In this document: positions 1 to 8,731 of the stretch, one piece after another
Numbering within the stretch: the stretch's first letter is position 1
Layout of the letters: each line of letters starts with the position of its first letter
Source: a virus
Reading direction: 5' to 3' (one strand)
Length of the DNA: 64,000 bases
IMG/VR virus record: IMGVR_UViG_3300007616_000002
Span: 12,682 to 76,681 of that record
Notes under the pieces: model-generated
Seen by the model: the letters and a program-made list of their open reading frames with translations, nothing else
Databases searched by the model: none
What the model was told of the DNA's origin: nothing
Position numbers and translations under genes: made by a program

Positions 1-361
1 CCGAGAGAGCATGACCCAGCAGACTCAGAGTACTACCAACGTAGGTGACCCTGAGATAGAACTGGACGATAACGAGGTCCTCAAGAAGGCCAAGAACTCC
101 AAGTCTGGAAAGAAGTTCGAGGCGCTGTGGAACGGTATCACCTCGGGTTATGATTCACACAGTGAGGCTGACCTCGCACTCTGTAGCTATCTGGCGTTCT
201 GGACTGGTGGAGACAAGAACCAGATGGACGACCTCTTCCGTAAGTCTGGTCTCATGCGACCGAAGTGGGACAACCAACACGCTTCGGACGGGGATACCTA
301 CGGCGACCTCACCATTCAGAAGGCGATTCGAACATCCGATAGTTTCTACGGGCAGAACTGA
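1..361 (+). CDS. C-terminal helical-bundle domain of an NrS-1-type primase-polymerase (probably 5'-truncated by the window edge)
   Basis: SEADLALCSYLAFWTGGD..QMDDLFRKSGLMRPKWD...TYGDLTIQKAI signature of the NrS-1 polymerase HBD; frame is open upstream of the ATG at 11. Confidence 0.8.
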   Translation, partial: RESMTQQTQSTTNVGDPEIELDDNEVLKKAKNSKSGKKFEALWNGITSGYDSHSEADLALCSYLAFWTGGDKNQMDDLFRKSGLMRPKWDNQHASDGDTYGDLTIQKAIRTSDSFYGQN

Positions 362-498
362 GAATTAGTACTGCCAAACTTTGTAAAGCTTTTTCCTGAA
401 ACCTTTTATAAGATTCAAGATTTTCCTTGACGGAGTAGGTAAACACACTCCGAGGCCAGCCACACGCGTGTGTTTGTATTTCTTTCAGAATAGCTGGA

Positions 499-535
499 CA
501 GCCAGTTGGCCAACCAGTAATCCAGCCAGTAATAC
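499..535. repeat. CAGCCAGTAAT tandem repeats, copy 1 (centromere- or iteron-like) in an origin-like intergenic region
   Basis: CCAGTAATCCAGCCAGTAATA at 514-534 is identical to 18638-18658. Confidence 0.75.
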
Positions 536-727
536 GCGCGTGTACACGTTCGTTTTGAAGTCTGTGACACTCAAGCGAGTGTGTGACTGACTCTTGCGAA
601 ACATTTATTATCCCCCCGACTCTATACTTGGGTAAGCACTGATGGTTGAGGGGCGAACCGGACGCCACGGAGAGATGAGGCGTCGTAAGGTTTATACCCT
701 ACCCGGTGCATAAAACTAAACACAAAC

Positions 728-1906
728 ATGAGTTTCCGAGACATTGCAAGCCAAGGCGCAGTTGACAGTCGAGAAAACAACGCAGATGATTCCGAAGATG
801 ACGGGCAGTCCGTCGAAGACTACGGCATCGACGTAGACTTCGATGAAATTGCCTTCGTCCGATGTTCGCCCACCGTCTTTGTGACGGGCGTGTTCCCGAA
901 CGAGGACGAGGGTAACCCCATCATCCGCTTCAAGAACGCGGACTACAACGACGGTCGATACGACCAAGGGTACCTCGGGCTGGTCATCGAAGACCCCGAG
1001 CCCATCGTCTCCGAAGACGAGGGAACTGGTGGCACTGTCATCCTGAAGACGGACGACCAAGACTCCACCGACTACCGAATGTTCGACTCCAACGACGACG
1101 AGACGAAGGTCGTGGAAGGCATGGGTGTCAAGTTCGGCAACAAGCTCTACGAGGGCGAGGTCCTCGAAGAGTTCTCCGAAGACCGTATTCTGCTGACGGT
1201 CAGCGGTGCTTCGTCCAAGAACGTGGCCCGTCGCCTCGACAAGAAGGGCGCTCTCGTGGCTGGCATGGACGAGGAGAACGGTGGCGTCAACGACGGCCTC
1301 ATCGAGTACAAGCCCTACGACCAGCGAGAAGACGGTCAGAACGAGGTCACGTCGCGCTACGCCCGTGACCCCGAACTCAAGACTGACCTCCACGAGACCC
1401 GTGTGGGCCTGTTCCTCGCCCGTCGTGAGGAACTGGACGACGAGAACACTGGCTACCTCGGTGCCGAAGGGCAGGGTCAGGAAGGAGACGGTCGTATTCC
1501 CCTCCTCGGGGAAGCACCTGACGGTGTGGACACGCACGCAGACCCCGATGAGGCCTCCTATGCGGAACTGGTGGCTGACGACAACCGTGGCGAGCGACCG
1601 ATGTACTGGTACGTCGTCTTCAACGTCGAGGCCGAGGAAGAAATCGAGATGGAAGAGACCGACGACGAAATCGTGGGCTACTCGTGGCTCGATGACGACT
1701 GGGACCAGTTCGACCCGAGCGTCGGCGGTATTCCCGACGACCAGTGGGAGTTCGTGGAGCACTTCGTGGAGATGGTCGATGAAGGTGAAGTGACTGACAC
1801 CTCCGAGGAGAACATCATCGCAAACATCGAAGACAACGCCGATGCCTTCGAGAGCGAGCCTGAGACGGACTCGATGGTCAACGCGATTACGAACCGCGTC
1901 GAATGA
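728..1906 (+). CDS. Acidic hypothetical protein (possible ssDNA-binding or replication protein)
   Basis: 392-aa ORF with strong haloarchaeal codon bias, TATA-like promoter near 691; function only inferred from context. Confidence 0.7.
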   Translation: MSFRDIASQGAVDSRENNADDSEDDGQSVEDYGIDVDFDEIAFVRCSPTVFVTGVFPNEDEGNPIIRFKNADYNDGRYDQGYLGLVIEDPEPIVSEDEGTGGTVILKTDDQDSTDYRMFDSNDDETKVVEGMGVKFGNKLYEGEVLEEFSEDRILLTVSGASSKNVARRLDKKGALVAGMDEENGGVNDGLIEYKPYDQREDGQNEVTSRYARDPELKTDLHETRVGLFLARREELDDENTGYLGAEGQGQEGDGRIPLLGEAPDGVDTHADPDEASYAELVADDNRGERPMYWYVVFNVEAEEEIEMEETDDEIVGYSWLDDDWDQFDPSVGGIPDDQWEFVEHFVEMVDEGEVTDTSEENIIANIEDNADAFESEPETDSMVNAITNRVE

Positions 1907-2046
1907 GCGACTACATCGTCGTGAGTGAGTACGGAACAGAGTACTCCACGCCGATGACACGACAACACGCCGTGGCAAAGGCCAACTCGCTCAACTGGTC
2001 AAAGATGCACGAAGCATCTGAAGCAGAGGCAGTCGAGGCCGAGTAA
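1903..2046 (+). CDS. Small hypothetical protein (47 aa)
   Basis: ATGA overlap with the previous stop; MSDYIVVSEYG...EAE*. Confidence 0.55.
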   Translation: MSDYIVVSEYGTEYSTPMTRQHAVAKANSLNWSKMHEASEAEAVEAE

Positions 2047-2059
2047 GGCTCCACTTGCG

Positions 2060-2070
2060 TTTTTTTTTTT
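2060..2070 (+). terminator. Oligo-T archaeal-type terminator
   Basis: 11-T run just after the stop at 2046. Confidence 0.6.
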
Positions 2071-2227
2071 GAGCAGATTACTTTCGATAGCGATAGCTAT
2101 TCAGCCTTGACAAAGTTACAGCAAGTAAACACACTGCGCTTCTTCTTATTGCACTCTCTTTCTTCATCTATCGCCACGAGATGTTCACACTTAACTTTAA
2201 CCCTACCTGTCCTTGATTGCCGGAAGA

Positions 2228-2242
2228 TTTAAGTCCCACCCG
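2228..2242 (+). promoter_or_regulatory. Viral promoter motif (TTTAAG..CCCG) for the RNA ligase operon
   Basis: TTTAAGTCCCACCCG preceded by purine-rich BRE-like GAAGA; one of about 30 copies. Confidence 0.75.
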
Positions 2243-2262
2243 ACACAACTCAAGGATGAAAG

Positions 2263-3162
2263 ATGGAAACGTATCCCAAGTTACGCTATCCCGGGGAAGA
2301 GGCCACACAAGGCCTGTTCGCCAGTGGTTCTATTGTTATACAGGAGAAGTTAGATGGTTCGAACTTTCGGTTTACGTGGGAACCCGATACTGGATTCACG
2401 TTCGGGTCTCGGCGGACTGAAGGAGAGGGTCTTCACCGTGACCAGTTTGCCGACGCTATCGAGTACGTCGAAGAGAACGTCAGTGAAGTCGAGCTACGGA
2501 GCCAGCACAACGAGTTCGGTAAGCTAGTCTACTTCGGTGAGTTCATGAACCCGCATACCATCTCGTATGACTGGGAGGGAACGCCCGACTTCATCGGCTT
2601 CGACGTATGGTCTGAGGACGCGCAGAACTTCCTCACAACGGGTCTTGTCCAATCCCTGTTCGATGGCCTCGACCTTCCCACTGCGCCGATTGTGACGACT
2701 GTGAGCGCCGATGAGTGGGACGACTACGACTTTGAGTGCCCCGAGTCCGAATACTACGACGGAAAGGCTGAGGGTGTGGTGTTCAAGAATCATACGACCG
2801 ACACTTACGGAAAGTATGTTCGAGAAGACTTCAAGGAGAAGAGCAAGCAGACCTTCGGACCCAGCAAAAAGTCCTCACTCAACGATACGGAGCGAATGGT
2901 CTACGCCTACATCACCGAGGCCCGTATTAGGAAAGCAATATATAGGCTTCAAGATGAAGAAGGTAAAAAGATTAGAATGGAGATGATGGCTGAAGGACTT
3001 CCGCAAGAAGTTATTTCGGATTTTGTAGATGAGGAAGGGTTTAACGTGTTTATGAATGAGAATTGGAAAATAGGAATTGGAGAATTCCGGTCAATAGTAT
3101 CTAGTAGATGTGCTGAAGTTCTTCGTCGTGAAGTAGATAAAAAAGTGAAGGAGGAGCTATAA
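2263..3162 (+). CDS. ATP-dependent RNA ligase (Rnl2-like)
   Basis: Nucleotidyltransferase motifs QEKLDGSNFRF (I), YFGEF (III), FIGFDV (IIIa), EGVVFK (IV), K (V). Confidence 0.88.
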   Translation: METYPKLRYPGEEATQGLFASGSIVIQEKLDGSNFRFTWEPDTGFTFGSRRTEGEGLHRDQFADAIEYVEENVSEVELRSQHNEFGKLVYFGEFMNPHTISYDWEGTPDFIGFDVWSEDAQNFLTTGLVQSLFDGLDLPTAPIVTTVSADEWDDYDFECPESEYYDGKAEGVVFKNHTTDTYGKYVREDFKEKSKQTFGPSKKSSLNDTERMVYAYITEARIRKAIYRLQDEEGKKIRMEMMAEGLPQEVISDFVDEEGFNVFMNENWKIGIGEFRSIVSSRCAEVLRREVDKKVKEEL

Positions 3163-3965
3163 TGCCTATAAAAATAACTTGTGATGAGTGTGGGGATGAA
3201 TTTACTGTTCCACCCTCGAATTCCGAGCAGAAATATTGCTCTCGTGAATGTTATTTATACAAAAATAATCCTAATAAAGAAGAAAAAGTTTCAGTCAATT
3301 GTGACTGGTGTGATAGTAATATCCAAAGAATACCGTCATTAGTAGAACGAACAGAAAATAACTTTTGTGACCAAAAGTGTTCTTCCAAATGGAGGTCTGA
3401 GAACTGGACTGGTGAACGTTCACCGACATATAAAGACGCATCTGTCGAATGCACGTGTGAATGGTGTGGTTCAGATTATGAAGAATGGAGTACTCGAAAA
3501 GAACGTACTCGATTTTGCTCTCTTGAGTGTCGGAATAAATGGCAATCTTCACGTGATGGACCCGAGCACCCACTGTACAAAGGTGGTAGAAAAGAATTTG
3601 GTGAAAATTGGAAAGAAATGAGAAGAGAAGCATTATCACATTACGGAGAAGAATGCAGTCTATGTGGAGCAGATTCATCTAATTCACTGATTGATGTTCA
3701 TCATATAATACCAAGATGGCTATGGGACAATGTTGATGATGCAGACAAACTATGGAATCTTACTCCACTTTGTAGGTCTCACCATATGAAAGTTGAACGC
3801 CAAACTGAGAAAGTTATTGAGAAAATGGCCAAAGAGGAGGCCGAGAATATCTTCATGGAGGAGAACTGGGAAATCGACACGGGTGAAACACTCTCCATCG
3901 TCTCGAACCGGTGCTCCGAGGTCCTGCGTCGGATGATTGACCAGAAAATCAAGGAGGAGCTATGA
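3162..3965 (+). mobile_element. Free-standing HNH homing endonuclease with CxxC/FCS Zn repeats, fused to a duplicate of the ligase C-terminus
   Basis: DVHHIIP...NLTPLCRSHH; repeated CxxC and FCSxxC; AT-rich; last 46 aa match the ligase end at 28/46 positions. Confidence 0.85.
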
Positions 3966-4225
3966 GTAGCCCTGTAATTTGTGAAGACTGCGGAAAGCGG
4001 GTCTCTATCTGTGCTGTCTCAACTGAGTCAAAGGAAGAATACAAGAAAAGCTACGGCGGATTCGTCCAGTCAAAAGGTGAGCGTGTGTCGGTGAGACTTG
4101 GCCTCGCCTGTGTTTGTACGGTCTACACCGGGCATAAATTGAGATATGAAGGGCTAGATTCGGGAACATTCAAAGAGAAACCCGAGAAGTTCCCGGAAAA
4201 TTGGATTAAGGTGAAAGATGACTAA
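3962..4225 (+). CDS. Small Cys-rich hypothetical protein
   Basis: CEDC...CVC; ATGA coupling. Confidence 0.6.
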   Translation: MSSPVICEDCGKRVSICAVSTESKEEYKKSYGGFVQSKGERVSVRLGLACVCTVYTGHKLRYEGLDSGTFKEKPEKFPENWIKVKDD

Positions 4226-4607
4226 AGAGTACACCATCGAGGTTGATGTGGATGGGGAGCCCACTGAGGTAACCCTCTCTCAGCCCCAAGGAATAGAGTT
4301 TATGCACATAGTGGCGACGATGCCCGATAGCTTCTCTGAAATGGGGCCTGAAATTGACCTTGATTCAGATGATGTTGATTGGTTACAGGCCCTTCTGGAG
4401 GTTACAACAGACCTTAGCCGCCGTGAGATACAATCTGGTATCTCTGTCGAAGACCTCAATAAACTAATTGGTGCCTCAGCAGAAGTGTTCGCAGGTGAAG
4501 AACCTAGCACACCCAGCGATAGTTTTCGAATAGAACGGTCTGAAGGACCGTTCGAGGCGTTTGAGCTTGACAGTGATGGGTCTGTTGACACGGATGAGTG
4601 GCGATGA
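4218..4607 (+). CDS. Hypothetical protein (weak resemblance to tail-assembly chaperones)
   Basis: 129-aa acidic ORF overlapping both neighbours. Confidence 0.6.
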   Translation: MTKEYTIEVDVDGEPTEVTLSQPQGIEFMHIVATMPDSFSEMGPEIDLDSDDVDWLQALLEVTTDLSRREIQSGISVEDLNKLIGASAEVFAGEEPSTPSDSFRIERSEGPFEAFELDSDGSVDTDEWR

Positions 4608-5014
4608 GTGAGACCACCCAGTGCCCTCTTGAAGGTTTGAAAGAAGATTCAGATGGATGTGATGGGCAGGCAAATCTACTGTTTGACGGCTCGTTGTACT
4701 GTCCAACATGTGAAAACATGTTTGAAACAGAGTACACCCTTCGGGACGAAGATGAGAATATGTATGCAGAAGAAGTTCGAGACCTTCTGGAAGAAGACGC
4801 TGAAGTAGTGTATGAAGAGTATATCCGACTACTCGACCTGTATTACAAGAAACCTTTAGGATTCCCCGATGAAGGGCTGTATCAACGCTTTCAGTGCATA
4901 TTTCCTCTGCTTATTGTAAAATATATACAAACTATGAAATCGTACCAAGAGGAAGTAAATCGAGAGATTAGAAACCAACTTCGGAGACAATCAATAAATA
5001 AAAAGACAGTTTGA
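4604..5014 (+). CDS. Hypothetical protein with N-terminal Cys cluster
   Basis: C..C..CPTC; ATGA overlap. Confidence 0.55.
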   Translation: MSETTQCPLEGLKEDSDGCDGQANLLFDGSLYCPTCENMFETEYTLRDEDENMYAEEVRDLLEEDAEVVYEEYIRLLDLYYKKPLGFPDEGLYQRFQCIFPLLIVKYIQTMKSYQEEVNREIRNQLRRQSINKKTV

Positions 5015-5038
5015 CTACGAGTTTGTTAAGAAGAAAGG

Positions 5039-5053
5039 TTTAAGTACCACCCG
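5039..5053 (+). promoter_or_regulatory. Viral promoter motif TTTAAGTACCACCCG
   Basis: Consensus copy 33 nt upstream of ATG 5072 (near-leaderless). Confidence 0.8.
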
Positions 5054-5071
5054 AGACTATTTTCGGGCACA

Positions 5072-5530
5072 ATGAACGACGAAGAACGAATTGATGCTGT
5101 TTTGAGCGCGGTGGCAAACGTGCTCCTCGATAAAGGTGATGGGTATAGCGTCGGCCAATTGGTGGCTGACCTCGAAGGAGATGGAAATACACATGAGTCT
5201 GACCCGTACCACGTGTGGGACCGGCACTTCCTTCAAGACATGGAGAAGCAAGCTACTGAATGGCGAGACGAGCCCCGTGACTTCGAAGAGGTAGAGAGTC
5301 TCATGGACGCCTTCTACGAGTACTGGTCCGAAAATACGGAGAAGAAATTCTGCCAGATTGTATGCATGGCACACGCTATCGAGAATGGAATTAGTGGATA
5401 TAATGATGAATCTCCGTATCAGGAACCGATAGATAATCTTGGGGATGACCAGTTACGACGGTATCTAAACAAGCGCCTCGAAAAAGAGGACTTCGAAGTT
5501 GAAGCCGCGGAGGCTATCATCAATGAGTGA
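5072..5530 (+). CDS. Hypothetical protein
   Basis: 152-aa acidic ORF behind a consensus promoter. Confidence 0.7.
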   Translation: MNDEERIDAVLSAVANVLLDKGDGYSVGQLVADLEGDGNTHESDPYHVWDRHFLQDMEKQATEWRDEPRDFEEVESLMDAFYEYWSENTEKKFCQIVCMAHAIENGISGYNDESPYQEPIDNLGDDQLRRYLNKRLEKEDFEVEAAEAIINE

Positions 5531-5744
5531 CGGACTATCTCTCGAAGTAACCGCTGAGTCTGTGTTTGTTGTGGACTACACGGAAGAGGAGGTTAAAGAA
5601 CTTATCGAAGCAGGTCGAATCTCAGATGAGGAAGAGCTTATCAAAGAGACGAAGGGACAGCTTCGAGAAGAGATTAATCATCAGGCTAATGGTCGTGAGC
5701 TAAAGTCTGTTGACGTAACTGCTGAGGTGGTCGATGATGAGTGA
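5523..5744 (+). CDS. Hypothetical protein
   Basis: Acidic ORF; C-terminus VDVTAEVVD resembles LEVTAEVEE of 5882-6112. Confidence 0.6.
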   Translation: MSDGLSLEVTAESVFVVDYTEEEVKELIEAGRISDEEELIKETKGQLREEINHQANGRELKSVDVTAEVVDDE

Positions 5745-5880
5745 ACGATATGAGTGTCCCGAGTGTGGTTCTGTCGTAACACTCGACCTTGCTGGAGGGG
5801 GAACAGCCAACTTCGGAACGGCGTATTGCTCCGGTCGAGAAGAAGACCCGCACACAGCTACACTAATGGAGAGTGAATAA
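5737..5880 (+). CDS. CPxCG Zn-finger microprotein
   Basis: MSERYECPECGS...C...H. Confidence 0.55.
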   Translation: MSERYECPECGSVVTLDLAGGGTANFGTAYCSGREEDPHTATLMESE

Positions 5881-5881
5881 G

Positions 5882-6112
5882 ATGGGTGATATTACTATTA
5901 CGACGACTGTTCATGCATTGACTCAGAAGTCCCATGACAAAGAAGAACTACAAGAGCAGATGGACCGGTTGGGACTCGATAATATGGATGAATTTATCGA
6001 AATGGCTGAAACATCTGTCGAGTCACATCTTCACGAAAATGCGTTTGAGGAAGACGCACTCGAACTACTTGAAGTAACCGCAGAGGTGGAAGAAAGTGAC
6101 GAGTCTGCCTGA
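5882..6112 (+). CDS. Hypothetical protein
   Basis: Acidic ORF in operon. Confidence 0.6.
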   Translation: MGDITITTTVHALTQKSHDKEELQEQMDRLGLDNMDEFIEMAETSVESHLHENAFEEDALELLEVTAEVEESDESA

Positions 6113-6359
6113 CGAATTAATCGAGTATCACTTCGTTCTGAAGGACGGTGAGTCCTTCAAGGTCGATGCGGAGTACGTCGAGGTCGAGTACGGTGAGTCT
6201 GAGAAGCCCCATATCATGGCCGAGGTGAAGAAGTGGACGCTCTCGACCAAGACGTACTCACGTGAGATAACTGAAAGAGACGTAGAATCAGTGATGGCAG
6301 TTGTAAAAGACGAAGAGCGTGACAACGCGAAGTCGCTCATCAGCGGTAAAGACACGTAA
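6096..6359 (+). CDS. Hypothetical protein
   Basis: 87-aa ORF in operon. Confidence 0.6.
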   Translation: MTSLPDELIEYHFVLKDGESFKVDAEYVEVEYGESEKPHIMAEVKKWTLSTKTYSREITERDVESVMAVVKDEERDNAKSLISGKDT

Positions 6360-6422
6360 ACACACGCGCTACTCTTCTCAAACAGCGAAAGGTTTATTAC
6401 CCTCCCAACCCTCGTACTGTGT

Positions 6423-6911
6423 ATGAAGTTCAATCAGACCAAGAAGTCTATTGCTGAGAGAACTCGGACGACCAATCACGAGGGTGGGGAGGCGTTCGAA
6501 CCCGAAGATGTTCGACTTGGGCTTTATAAAGTCGTTATCAACAATCTTCTTGAAGACTCGTTCTACGAGTCCGACGAGGAGAGCTTTGACAAGGTGAAGT
6601 CACGTTTTGAGGAGTGTGTCATCGAGCACCCCGAGTTCGTGCTGAAGCTCGCCTACTGGGCCCGTGAAGAGGCGTACCTTCGGCAGATTCCCCAGCTACT
6701 GCTCGTGTTTGCGGCTAACAACGAGCACACGAAGGGGTACGTCCGTGAGTACTCTACTGGAGTCATGCAACGGGCTGACGAGCCGCTGGAGGTGCTTGCA
6801 ATGCAGGTGGAACTCTTTGGGACGAGTATTCCGAACCCTCTCCAGAAGGGTATCGAGGACGCACTGCACACGTTCGATGAGTACGAAGTGTCAAAATGGG
6901 ATACAGCATGA
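6423..6911 (+). CDS. Ro60/TROVE protein, N-terminal half
   Basis: TTNHEGGEAF, EDSFYES, LAYWAREEAYLR, QRADE, FDEY..SKW, all typical of TROVE domains. Confidence 0.88.
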   Translation: MKFNQTKKSIAERTRTTNHEGGEAFEPEDVRLGLYKVVINNLLEDSFYESDEESFDKVKSRFEECVIEHPEFVLKLAYWAREEAYLRQIPQLLLVFAANNEHTKGYVREYSTGVMQRADEPLEVLAMQVELFGTSIPNPLQKGIEDALHTFDEYEVSKWDTA

Positions 6912-7693
6912 GCTGGAATAAAGTTTCCAAGTCAGAGTGTACCGGTGCTCTGGTTCAGGCGAAGCAGGAGTTGGGTGAGTCGCCCAGCGTGTCCCAGTAC
7001 CGTGAGTTGGACCTACAACCAACAGTCTACACCATGCAAAATAAATTCGGTTCGTGGAACAAGGCGAAAAGGGCCGCTGGCCTGCAAGCTTGCACCAACC
7101 GTGTTGTGAGTGATGACGAGATAAGCATTGCCATCAACCTGTACGCAGGTGGACTGTCAGTCCGGGAGGTTGCTGATGAGTTAGAAGTCCAACCACAGAC
7201 AATCCATTACCACCTTCAGAATGAGGGGGTTACCGAGTCCATCTCTGAGGCTCTAAAAGGACGTGACCATAGCTGGGGAGACAAGATTTCGCAATCTCTG
7301 GAAGGTCATGAGGTTAGCGAATCAACTCGTGAGAAGATTTCAGAGACCCATACCGGGAAAGAGCCTTGGAACAAGGGAAAAACGAAGAAATCCCACCCAG
7401 ACGAAATCGACTACGGGCGCTCAGGTGAAGCGCACCATGCTTGGAAGGGTGGTATTAGTAGTGAGTTGAACCGACTGCGACAAACACCTGAGTACAAGGA
7501 ATGGCGTAAGTCAGTGTTCGAGCGTGACAACTGGACATGCCAAGATTGCGGTCAGAGAGGCGGTGAATTGAACGCGCATCATATCAAATCATTTGCGGAG
7601 AACGAAGACCTTCGGTTTGACGTAGATAACGGAGAGACACTATGCAAGGAACATCATATCGAGCGACACATGACGGAGGAGAGAAATGAGTAA
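6908..7693 (+). mobile_element. HNH homing endonuclease (HTH + NUMOD3-like + HNH) inserted in the TROVE gene
   Basis: FGSWNKAKRAAGL, HEVSESTREKIS, PWNKG, WKGG, RDNWTCQDCG...AHHIK...NGETLCKEHH. Confidence 0.9.
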
Positions 7694-8693
7694 CAAGAGC
7701 CGTGAGTTCAGCTACCGAGACCTGATGAATCTCGTCCATCCCAAGCCCCGAGACGACCTTCGGAAAGAGCTATTCAAGCGGATTGCACTCGGTGAACTGG
7801 ACGACCACCCCGAGGTCGAGCCGCTGAAACAGCACCGGACGTGGGAGGATACCATGTCGAACGACGATGACGACCGCTCGGAGGCAGAAAAGTTCCACGA
7901 CCGGCTAGACGATATGGGCCTCTTCGCCAAGATTCGGAACGTCCGGAACATGCTTGAGGCTGGGCTGGAGCCCGAGGTAATCCTCACAGACGAGGACCTC
8001 GATTCTGTTCCCCACGTCAAGCTGTTCCCGTTCCGCTTCTACCAAGCGTACAAGGCTGTAAAAGACGCTGGGTACCGCTCGACGTATCTCGATGTGTGGT
8101 TCGAGAACGCCATCGACCGGTCTGTCGAAAACGTTCCCGAGGAGTTCGGAGACACCTATGTAGCGGCTGACACCTCCGGGTCGATGACGTGGACGCCCAT
8201 CTCCGATAACTCGGACCTTACCCCGATGGAGATAGGGGCGCTCTTCGGCGCTGTGTGCGGTTCGAAGGGCGCAAAGGTGTCTGCCTTCGCAAGTACCCAC
8301 GAAGACGTTCAGTTCCACGCTGGCGAGCCTGTGCTCTCGATTCAGGACCGCATCAAGGAGGCCCCCGCAGGCGGCGGGACACACGGGTACAAAGTTCTCA
8401 AGACACTCCGTCAACGAGGAGAGAGTTGGGAGAACGTCGCACTCTTCACGGACACCCAACTTTGGGGCGGCTCGCTGAAGGAGGAGTGGGACAAGTACAT
8501 GCAGGAGGTCAATCCCAACGCGAGCCTCTACATCGTAGACCTCGCAAGTTACGGCGACCTCGTGGTTCCCGAGGGGTACGATTCGGTCTATCGAGTGTCG
8601 GGTTGGAATGAGAACATCGTAAAGCACATCCGGTACGCATCGGAAACGGATGCCGCGATTCAGGAAGTCGAATCTGTCGGCTCTCCTGAGTAG
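7686..8693 (+). CDS. Ro60/TROVE protein, C-terminal half with vWA domain
   Basis: RDLMNLVHPKP, TWE, RNVRN, LFPFRFYQAY, MIDAS DTSGSM, GGGT, FTDTQ, SGWNE. Confidence 0.88.
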   Translation: MSNKSREFSYRDLMNLVHPKPRDDLRKELFKRIALGELDDHPEVEPLKQHRTWEDTMSNDDDDRSEAEKFHDRLDDMGLFAKIRNVRNMLEAGLEPEVILTDEDLDSVPHVKLFPFRFYQAYKAVKDAGYRSTYLDVWFENAIDRSVENVPEEFGDTYVAADTSGSMTWTPISDNSDLTPMEIGALFGAVCGSKGAKVSAFASTHEDVQFHAGEPVLSIQDRIKEAPAGGGTHGYKVLKTLRQRGESWENVALFTDTQLWGGSLKEEWDKYMQEVNPNASLYIVDLASYGDLVVPEGYDSVYRVSGWNENIVKHIRYASETDAAIQEVESVGSPE

Positions 8694-8731
8694 TCGGAAC
8701 ACTTTTAACCCATCCGTTGCAATAAACGGAT

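Noticed and set aside
716-1978. 420-aa minus-strand ORF, and similar long antisense ORFs over nrdJ, TROVE and the tape measure gene
   Set aside because: Shadow frames produced by biased codon usage of the acidic opposite-strand genes
4218-4607. Firm call as tail-assembly chaperone
   Set aside because: Only weak pattern similarity and far from tail genes; left as hypothetical
6880-7720. Group I/II or BHB intron around the HNH in TROVE
   Set aside because: The HNH ORF overlaps both halves, leaving no room for a ribozyme core; no convincing BHB could be drawn; half 2 has its own RBS and ATG
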